From a virus (taxonomy: Duplodnaviria; Caudoviricetes), in the IMG/VR virus record IMGVR_UViG_2887198475_000002: a stretch of DNA of 64,000 nucleotides. One strand, written 5' to 3'. Made by a program: the position numbers and the translations under genes. Shown here in pieces: positions 18,234 through 28,300 of the stretch. Position 1 is the first letter of the stretch; each line of letters opens with the position of its first letter. A model generated the notes under the pieces. The model searched no databases, was not told the origin of the DNA, and was given only the letters and a program-made list of their open reading frames with translations.

Positions 18234-18666
18234 CGTTACAACTATCGGCTTCACTAAAACCAATGCGAAGGGATTCTTTGACCGCCTCGTTTCGGCTGGC
18301 GTCAAAGTTCTCTACGATGTTCGGCTGCACAATACGTCGCAGCTTTCGGGTTTTGCTAAGGCCGATGATCTTGCTTTTTTTCTCCAAAAAATTGGCAACA
18401 TAAAATACCAGCATCAACCGCTACTTGCTCCTACAGATACTATGCTGAAATCATTCAAACGCGATAAAGGGGATTGGGATGAGTATCAGAAAAAATTTCT
18501 TGACTTGATGATAGAGCGCAGAATTGAAGACCGTTTCAATCCATCTTTATTTGACGGTGCCTGCCTTCTTTGTTCCGAAGCCACCCCACACCACTGCCAC
18601 AGGCGACTGGTCTGTGAGTATCTTAATTCCAAATGGGGCGGCGCCCTAAAAATAAGGCACCTATAG
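18223..18666 (+). CDS. DUF488 family protein (second)
   Basis: TIGFT..DVRL.NTSQLSGFAK..LLCSEATPHHCHRRL. Confidence 0.9.
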   Translation: MPFDVTTIGFTKTNAKGFFDRLVSAGVKVLYDVRLHNTSQLSGFAKADDLAFFLQKIGNIKYQHQPLLAPTDTMLKSFKRDKGDWDEYQKKFLDLMIERRIEDRFNPSLFDGACLLCSEATPHHCHRRLVCEYLNSKWGGALKIRHL

Positions 18667-18895
18667 CGGTTGAAGTCGCGACGCGCGAGGCCCGCATCGC
18701 TGCCCACGCGGCATTCGATCGGCTGTGGCAGGCGAAGATGCGCCGCGACGGCTGCACGAAAGGCGTTGCGCGCAGAGCCGGGTATCGTTGGTTGGCCAGC
18801 CAGCTCTACATGGACCCGGCGTACTGCCACATCTCGTGAATGGACGCCGATCTGTGCCACGAGGTGGAGCGGATCTGCATGGCCGTTGGCCGATG
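18667..18895 (+). pseudogene. DUF3268-like gene, 3' fragment
   Basis: REARIAAHAAFDRLW..YRWLASQL..CHI, then an in-frame stop, then D.DLC. Confidence 0.65.
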
Positions 18896-18939
18896 AAGCG
18901 CCGTCGCCAGAACCGAGCAAGCGGCGTGGCGACGGCGCT

Positions 18940-19146
18940 TTATTCATTTGAGAGAACGTATCGTGCGGCCTTGCCGGCTAACCAGCAAGCGACGGCAATA
19001 AAAAGGCACAATGCCGTGAAATAAGAGACTTCATCCAGCGGGTATCCAAACAGCACCATGGCTGCGTTACGGAAGGCACATACAACGAATATCGCGGCCA
19101 AGCAGACCCCGAGCCAGTAAAGGACCCTGCCCAAGCGAACAATCAT
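18940..19146 (-). CDS. Small two-TM membrane protein
   Basis: RLGRVLYW..; two hydrophobic helices. Confidence 0.55.
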   Translation of the reverse strand: MIVRLGRVLYWLGVCLAAIFVVCAFRNAAMVLFGYPLDEVSYFTALCLFIAVACWLAGKAARYVLSNE

Positions 19147-19330
19147 AGATCAGCCCCACTAACCGCCCGCACCCATGCGCGAGGCGTAACGTAATCGTAA
19201 CGGAACCGGACATCCGCCTCAAGCAAAGGTAAACGTTCCCTGGTGGCGATGGCGGAGCCGAAAGCCTGAGCGCGCGGCCCGTGCCGCGGCTGAGACGGTC
19301 GGCGGTCGTGACGGCAGCCTTCGCCGCATC

Positions 19331-22300
19331 ATGCAGACCGACACGCCGCCACCCGTCCTCCTGTTCTTCGCCAAGGCGGTAATCCGCGGCGGCGCCAGCT
19401 CTGACCTGTTCGCGGATAAGGTCGAAGTCGCAGGCTACACGAACACCCACGGGACGTTCGTGGCCCCGCACAAGGCCACCCGGCACAAGCGCCGGGTGGT
19501 CCGCGCCGTGCCGGAGGCCGCCAGGGTGCATGTGCAGCCGGATCTGTTCGGCGCCCGGCTGGCGGCCGAGGCCCCAGCGAAGCGCACCCCCAAGACGGAC
19601 GATCGGCAGACCATGCTGTTCGGCGCGCCAGCTCCGGCGCCAGAGCAGCCTGCCGCGACACCGGAGGCCAAGCCGCAGGACATTGACCGCCGGCTGGCCG
19701 CGCTGAAGGAGCGCCGCGCGCCGCATCCGGAGGAGGTGGCGCCGGAACCGGCCGCAGCTCCGCAGCCGGCGCCGAAGGCGCAGGAGGCTCCGCAGGCCGC
19801 GCCCGCGCCCCAATCCATCGCTGACCGGATCGTCCAGACTTACCTCAAGCTGACCGGCGGGCAGGTCAACCGCCGCGCCCGGCTGGCCGACATCCGCGCC
19901 GCAATGCCCGACGTGCCGCGCGAGGATCTGGACCGGGCGCTGTTCGCCCTGGCCCACGGCGGCGATGCCGGGCTGCTGCGGAACGACGATCAGGCGATGC
20001 TGCGGCCGGAAGATCGGACTGCGGCCGTTCAGATCGGCGATCAGGAACGGCATCTGCTGTGGCTCGACCGGCCGGACCCGAAAGTGGCCGGGCAAGAGTC
20101 CCCGGAGCCTCCCGCGCCAGCCCAGGAGGCACCGAAGGCGACGGAGCCGGCGGCGAAGGTGCCGGACGCCATCAAGGGGCGGCTGAAACGCGCGCTGGCC
20201 GCCCTGGCGGACGTGGAAGCCGCGATGGAGGGCGCCCGCCGCACCGACGAGAAATTCCAGGGCGACGGGCGCTACGAGTACGACGCCTACCAGAACCGCG
20301 CCACCCAGCGCGAGGCGGCGCAGGCCATGCTCGCCAAATTCCGCGAGCAGGCCCGCAAGCTGGGCATCGACCCCGAGGCGACGATCCGCGAGCTGGGCGG
20401 CGAGCCGAACGTGTCCATGTCCCAGGCGGGGCAGGCATACGCCGCCGGGACCGGACAGGAGCCGGACGTATCCAAGACGGAAGTCGGACAAATGCCGGCA
20501 GCACCGGCCGAGCAGAAGCCGTCCGCTGACCCGCTGCATGCCAGCGACGAGGAGTGGCGCCGGGCGATCTACGACGCGATGCAGGCTCGGTGGGACGCCG
20601 GCAAGGACGTGACGGTCCGCACCGCCCTGCGCGTGACGAAGATCGGCCCGAAGCACCGCGATTCCGTCCGGTTCCGCGACGAGCAAATCCAGATCGCCCG
20701 CGGCAAGGGGTGGGACACCCTGCTGGGGATCGGGCGCGAGATCGACCAGCTCGCGCACGAGCTTGGCCTCCCCACCGGCCAGCAGCGGGCGGATGCGCAG
20801 CAGGCGGCGCGCACCCCGGAGGACGACGCCCGCGACGAGGCCCAGCTCGACGCGGCGGCGCGGGAGCTGCGCCCCCTGGTGGACGCCCAGGACCGTGCCC
20901 GGGAGAAATGGGCCACAAGCCGCAGCTTGGAGGACGAGAAGGCGCTCGATGCCGCCGGCGCCCCTGTGCAGGAGGCCGGCAAGCGGCTCGGCCTGACCGA
21001 GCTCCGCCTGCATGACGCCATCGAGCTGGCGTCCAACATGGACCCAGCGCCGGCCGGAGCCGGACAGGAGCCGGACGAACCCAAGGCGGAAGCCGGTCAG
21101 AAGCCGGACACACCACCGGCGGCTGCCGAGCCGGCCCCGGGGGCAAAGTCGGAGCCGATCAAGCTGCGCCAGGGCGATGGCGAGGCTGCCTCCGTCCTCC
21201 TCCATGCCGCCGCCAGGGGCGACAAGGAAGCCGCCGGGCGGATGACCGCCAAGGAAATGCTCGAAGCCGCCAACCGGCGGAAGTTCGACATTGCGCAGCG
21301 GAACCAGCGCGATCCGAGCCTGCAAACCTATGCCGACGCGCTGATGAACCTCGTGGTGGAGCATGCGAACGCGGACGGGAAGCATGACGCGTTCCTGTCT
21401 AGCCTGAAGGGGCAAGCCGCCTTCAACTTCCTGACCGACGCCATCGGCGAGACGCTCGCCCAGGCGATCGAGGAGGCCCAGCCGCAGAAAAAAGGGCGGA
21501 AGAAGGCCGGGAAGGAGCCGGCGCAGGCCGGACAGCAGGCGGCGGACAAGCCGGACGAAACGCGGGCAAAAGCCGGACAAACGCCGGCCGAGCGCCCCAA
21601 GAAGGGGGCGAAGGGCGACCGGGCCGCGGTGGTGGCCGCGGTGCGCGATGCGCTCGACCGCGACGACGCTCCGGCCGCCATCGCCGCCCTCGAATCCCTC
21701 ACCTACCAAGACCTGCAAGCCGCGGCTGACGCCCTCTCCCTCCCCTTCACCGCCAACCCCAAGGGCAAGAAGGAGCTTGTCGGGCGGCTCCACAAAATCA
21801 TCCCGAAGTTGACGCGCAGCGCCGTTGCCGCCTTCCAGCGCGAGAAGCACATCGCCGGAATCCGGTCCGAACTGAAGAAGGACGAGCACGCCCTGGCGGA
21901 CCGCGAGGCGTGGGAAGCCGGGAGCAGTCCCGACGATCCGGCGTGGGCCTATGCCCGTCTGCCCGTGGGATTGACCAAGGATCAGCTCAAAGAGCGGATC
22001 GCGCAGCGCCGCCGCGAGCTGGCGCAGGCCGAGGGGGGCGCCAGCCCAGAGGAGCCCCAGCCGGAAGCGCCGGCAGAGTCCCCGCCCCCGGCCGCTCCGG
22101 CGAAGCTGACCAGTTTCGGCGTCCAGCCCGGCACCACGAAGGGCGAGCGGAAGAAGGCGAACAAGCGCGCCCTCGCCATCCTGGCCGAGAAGCGCGACGA
22201 GGAGATGACGGACGAGGACCGCGAGGCCCTGGCCCGCTACACGGGCAACGGCGGCGTCGGGGATTCGCAGAGCGAGTTCTACACCCCGCCGGCGGTTGCC

Positions 22301-25300
22301 TCCTCGATGTGGGACATGCTGCGGAATGCCGGCTTCTCCGGCGGGAGCGTGTTGGAGCCGAGCTGCGGAACCGGCGTCTACCTGCACACCGCCCCCGAGG
22401 CCGCCCGGGTTACGGGCGTGGAGATGGACCCGACCAGCGCGCGGATCGCCGGCATCCTGCACGGCCCGGCCGGGCACGACATCCACAACGCCAGTCTTGA
22501 GCGGTTCGCGACCCAGGACGGCCGGCAATTCGACGCGGTGATCGGCAACGTGCCGTTCTGCGGCCGCGGCAGCCTCCTGAAAGACGACAAGCCGGAGCTG
22601 CCGCGCGCTGAGCAGTACTTCGTGGATACCGCGCTCGACAAATGCCGGGACGGGGGCCTTGTGGCCGTGATCGTCCCGACCGGCATCATGGACGCCCAGG
22701 GCACCCGCAGCTTCCGCGAGCGCATCATGGCGAAAGCGGAGTTCCTGGGCGGCCGGCGGCTGCCGAATACGTGCTTCCAGGCTGCCCATACCGAGGTGAC
22801 GAGCGACATCCTCGTGTTCCGCAAGCGCCCCCAGGAGATCGCCGGGGCGCTGGGCGCGCTCGATCAGGACCAGCTCAAGGCCGCAGGCGTATGGGACGCC
22901 GAGTTCCTGGCCGGGACCTACTTCCAGGGCCGCGGCGCCCCGAACGTCATGGGCCGCGTGACGACGAAGATGGGGCAATTCGGCGAGGAGGCGACCGTCG
23001 CCGGCAGCATGGAGGGCGTGCCCGAGGCCCTGTCCACCTGGGCGCCGGAGGAGCCGGTAGCCCCCTCCCCGTCCGTGCCTGCCATCCTCGAAAGCCTGGG
23101 CGACGACGCGGCGGCCCGCCGGCGCGTGACCAACGCGGCGCTGCGCACCCCCTATCAGGTCGCGCAGCCCGGGGACGTGCGGGTGGTCAACGGCGTCCGC
23201 TATGTCCTGCAAGGCCAACCGCCACGATGGAACCGGGCCGAGGAGGAGGTTCCAGAGGCGGTCGAGGACGCCCGGCACATCGCGGAGCTGCTGGACGACT
23301 TGGCCGAGGGCCGGGCGCGCGATCCGAAATTCACCCGGGCGGGGCTGATCGAGGCCCTGGACTCCTGGGTGGCGGCCCACGGCACGCCAGCCAGCAACAA
23401 GCAGCTCCGCGCGTGGCTGGCCGCGCCGTTCATGCCCCGGGGCGAGGACGTGCATCCCGAGGACCACGCCCATCAGGTGCAGCAGGCCCAGCGCCACGTC
23501 GCTCGCATCTTGGGCGCGGTCAACGCTGACGGCAGCTATTCCGACCTCGTGACCGGGCGCGTGCGCGAGGCCGAGGCCGCAGACCTTGAGACGGTGGCGA
23601 CGCGGCTGGCGCTGGAATGGGGCGGGTTCACAGCCGACCAGCTCGCCACCGCGGCCAACGCGCACGTCGATACCGTGCTGGATCGGCTGCACGCCTCCTC
23701 CGACTTCGCGGTGGAGGCGGACGGCAAGACGTGGACGACGATCGACGGCTACATGACCGGCGACCTGTGGCCGAAGCTGGATGCAGCCCGGGCCGCCGCA
23801 GCGGAGCCGAGCGTCGCGCCCGAGCTGCGCGCGAAGTATCAGCGGCAGGTCGCCGAGCTGGAAAAGGCCATCGACCCCAAGAGCCTTGAGGACGTGGAAG
23901 TCACGCTTTCCTCCGGCTTCGTCCAGCCGGGCGACATCGAGGCGTGGTTCACGGCGCGGAACGACGCCTACAAGGAGCGCAATCCTGGCCGGGCCTGGGA
24001 GCCGGGCGAATACAGCGTCACCTATGACAGCGGCGCATGGTCGATCCGGAGGGCAGACGACGGCGGCGCCCCCTTCCGCGGCAACGATGCGGAGCTGGTG
24101 GAGCGTTTTCTTAACCGCGATGGCGTGCGCCGGACCGAGACAGAAAAAGTCGAGGCCCTGAACCGCGAGTTCAAGACGTGGCTGCTGGGCAGCGAACGTC
24201 GAGAGGCGATGGAGGACCGATACAACAGGCTGTATCGCGGCTTCCGCGCACGCGAGTTCTCGAACGCCCCCATCCACATCGCCGGCATGAACACGGAGGG
24301 CTTGAAGGCTTTCCAGTACGGCGGCGTTCGCTGGGCACTGGCAGCGGGCAAGGGCATCGTCGCCGCAGATGTCGGCCTTGGCAAGACGGTGAGGGGCCTC
24401 ATGCTGGCGCGCCTCGCCAAGCAGACAGGGCAGGCGAAGCGGCCAACCTTCGTTGTCCCCAAGAGCGTGGTCGCGAATTGGGTTGCAGAGGCCGAGAAGT
24501 GGTTCCCCGGCAGCCGGGTCCTCGTGATCGGCGAGAGCATGGTCAAGGGGCGGGACGGCACGATGAAGGCCGTGTCCGACGACGAGGCCACCCGGAAGCA
24601 AAAGCTCCAATCGCTGACGCAAAACGATTGGGATTTCGTGTTCATCACGCAGCCCGCCTGGAACGAGCTGGATGTCTCCCCCGAGCTGCGCGACCGCTAC
24701 GAAAACGACAACTTCTGGACCCAGCGCGCCGACGCGCTCGACCGGGCCAAGAGCGACAAGAAGCGCGGGAAGATCCGGACCGCGTTCGAGCTGCAGCAGG
24801 CCAAGCAGACCTTCACCAAGCGCGAGGGCTCGATCTTCTTCGATGACCTTGGCGTGGACATGCTCGTCATGGACGAGGCGCACTGCTTCCCGGCGGGGAC
24901 GCTGGTGGACGGGCGCCCCATCGAGAGCTTCCATGCCGGGGATTTGGTGCGGGCCTTCGACCACGCCGCCGGTCGCATCGTCCTTTCCAGAGTTGCCAAC
25001 CTACAGATCCGCGTCCCCCGCGATCTCTATCGGATCGAGATGGACGACGGCACGACGCTGATCTGCACAGGCAAGCACCCGATCTTCACGCCGCACGGCT
25101 ACATCTTTGCCGAAGATATCGCTGTCGGTGACGTGGCGTTCAAAAACAAGCGGGGACCGGCGGATGGTGAAGAAGAAAGGCGACCCATGGAGGCGGAGCG
25201 TTCCTCGCCTGGAAACGGCGACGCTTCCATGCGCGTGGTGCGGCACGCCCTTGAAGCTGACGCCGCAGCAGGATTGGAGGCGCCGCGAGGGGCAGCGGAA

Positions 25301-28300
25301 CTTCTTCTGCAACAAGACCCACTCGGCGCATTCCAGGGAAGCCCGGAAGAGGCCGAATCCCTCCGCCATGGAAGCAGAGATTGCGCAGGCGAAGGCGCGA
25401 TTGCTGGCCGTGCTGGGAGATGGTTGGGTGGCGGAGCACATGGTCAAGGAGCCGTATCCGGAGAACGGCATCCCGTTTTGCTACAAGGTGGACATCGCAC
25501 ACCCCGGGCTGCTGATCGCCATGGACGTGATCGCATTGCACCCATCGTATTCCAAGCAGGGCCGGGACCACAGGAGGGAGGCGATTTTATGGAGGTGCGG
25601 GTGGCGCGTGTTGCGCCTCTCGATAGGGGAGTTGACGAAACGTTTGGAGGAGTGTGCAAGGGCGGCGTCGTCTACAACATCGAAGTAGAGCGCCATCACA
25701 ACTACATCGCCGAAGGCATCCTCGTTCATAACAGCTACAAGAATCTGTTCGCCGCACGCCAGCGGTTCGGCGAAAGCCCGAAGTTCCTGGGCGGATCCGG
25801 GCAGAGCAAGCGCGCGCTGGACACCTTCCACAAAACCAGGGCGCTGCGCGACGCGAACGGCGGGAAGGGCGTGTTCATGCTCACCGCCACGCCCACGAAG
25901 AACAGCCCGCTTGAAGTTTACTCCATGCTTTCGCACATCGCGCCCGAGGCATTCGAGCGCATGGGCATCCGGAACGCCGAGGATTTCCTCGACCGATTCT
26001 GCGTGTTCGAGACACGGAAGATTCTCGGTCTCAACGGCGAGTATGACGACGATCTGTGCGTGACAGGCTTCAAGAACCTGTCCGAGCTGCGCGAGGTAAT
26101 GCGCCGCTACATCGACCACAAGACCGCCGAAGATGTCGGGCTTGAGCTGCCGGAGCGCGACGATCAGCAGCACATGGTCGATATGACGCCGGCCCAGGAA
26201 GCCGTTTACGAGGAGCTTCGCTCGCTCATTGCCGGCAAGGACGATGCCGCTGGCAAGATCGACGCCGAAGGTGAGGCGCACATCTTTTCCGTCATGGACA
26301 AGATGCAGAAGGCGACGCTCGACCTGTCCCTGCTGGGGCCGGAGCATGCAGGCGAAGCAAGCCCGAAGATGGAGCTGTGCGCAAAGAACGTTGCCAGGGG
26401 CGCAGCAGACGGCGGGCAGGTTGTGTTCTGCGAAGCGATCGACACGCACGAGAAGATCGTGGACATGATCGCCAAGCATGGTATCCCGCGCGAGCGCATC
26501 GCCATCATCAACGGCAACACCGCCAAGACCGGCGATGCGCGCCAGAAAATCAGCGACGCCTTCAACTCCGGCCGCATCGACGTGGTGATCGCCAACAAGA
26601 CGGCCGAGGAGGGCGTGAACCTCCAAAAGCGCACTGCCGACATCCATCATCTCGATCTGCCGTGGGAGCCTGCGACCCTACAGCAGCGCAACGGGCGCGG
26701 GCTCCGCCAGGGCAACACCAACAAGGCGGTGCGACTGCACACCTATCTGGCCCGCGGCAGCTTCGACGGCTATCGCTGGCAGACGATCAGCGCAAAGAAG
26801 GATTGGCAAGACCTGCTGTGGAATGGCGGGGACACCGTCGAAAACCTCGTGTTCGAGGGCGGCGGCACGCGCGAGGAGATGATGATCGCGCTGTCCAAAG
26901 ATCCAGACGCCACTGCGAAGAAACTGTCGGAGGACAAGGAGGCGCAGCAGGCGCGCACCGAAGCGGCGGAGCGCGGGAAGGCGACCGATCAGTTCACGCG
27001 CTATCAGGAGATGCGCCGCAGCCTTGCGGAGTTGCGCGCCAAGCACCCGCAGGGAGCCGAGCCGAGCGCGGCAATGCGGCGCCTCGAATACCGGTCCGAC
27101 GTGCTCGCTGACACGCTGCGGCACTCGAAATGGTTCGCACACAAGGAGCTGCTGGACAGCGTCGAGCCGGCATACATCGAGCCGAGCACCAACGTCGCAT
27201 GGACGAAGGGCAGGGGGTTCGAGCTGGCCGGCGGCTCCGGCGGGCCGATCCACTACAGCTCCTCGCCGACGCGCTGGGTGGTCGAGGGCGTGGACCTGGG
27301 CAATGATGCCGGGCCGCAGATCATTGCCCGACAATGGGGGGCCACCCCAGGCGATGACAGCAAGACCGTCCGCATGGACGCGGCGAAGTTCAAGGCGGGC
27401 GTGACGCCGATCGCCTACAGCCAGGAGGAAGAGGAAAAGCACATCGCGGCGGAGAAGGCCGCCCGCGAGGCGAAGGCCAAGAAGGAGGCCGAGGAGAAAG
27501 GCGTTGCCCACCTGGGCGAAGTCGCGGCCATGCCGCCCGTCGTGGTGCAGGCGCGCGCCGCCGAGCTGCAACGCCAGCTCAAGGCATCCGCGGCCGCCTA
27601 CAAGGATTACGGCTGGGATGGCCCGCTGCCGCTGGTGCGGCCGGATGGCAGCGTGTTCGCCGCCGAGAGCTACGATGCGCGCAAGCGCCTCGCCGACAAC
27701 GACTTCCTCCTGCCCACCCCGGAGAACCGGGAGAAGGCCATCGCCGCCTATGCCGACCTCGCATCGCGCCGCCGCATCCGAAACAACTTCGTGTCCGGCC
27801 GCCGCGGCAAGACCACCCATGTCGGCGTGAAGGCCAGCTATCCGGACAGCAACCGGGAATACTCCGGGTTCGAGGCGAACCCGTGGGAGAAGATCATCCG
27901 GCAGCTCTACGGGGACGGCGCGGTGCAGGAGGCGCGCGCCGCCGCCGACAAGCGGATCAGGGAGCGCATCGACGCGGCGCCCGACTTCCGCTCCGCGGTT
28001 GAGGCCGCACAGCCGGCGGTGCAGCTCCCGCAGTATGGCGGCTCGCTGGCCGCCGGGGCGTGGCCGGCCGATGTGGTGGCGAAGCTGTGGGACAAGGCCG
28101 CGGCCGAAGGGCTGCTGCACACCCCGCTGCGGCAGGCGGCGCCGAGCGATTACCAGGGCAGCATCAACCACCACACGTTCAGCATGCCCGTCCCGGGCAG
28201 CTCCTACGACCGCACCAACCCCGGCATGAAGGTGGGCGACTTCCTGAACGCCGTGGGGGCGGGCAGGGAGATGCCGCCCGCGCCGGAGCCGGCGCCCAAC

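Noticed and set aside
19067-24964. 1965-aa minus-strand ORF and other long antisense ORFs (922-2463, 6660-8120, 44530-46395, 60162-63020)
   Set aside because: Shadow ORFs of high-GC3 genes on the opposite strand; no recognisable motifs.
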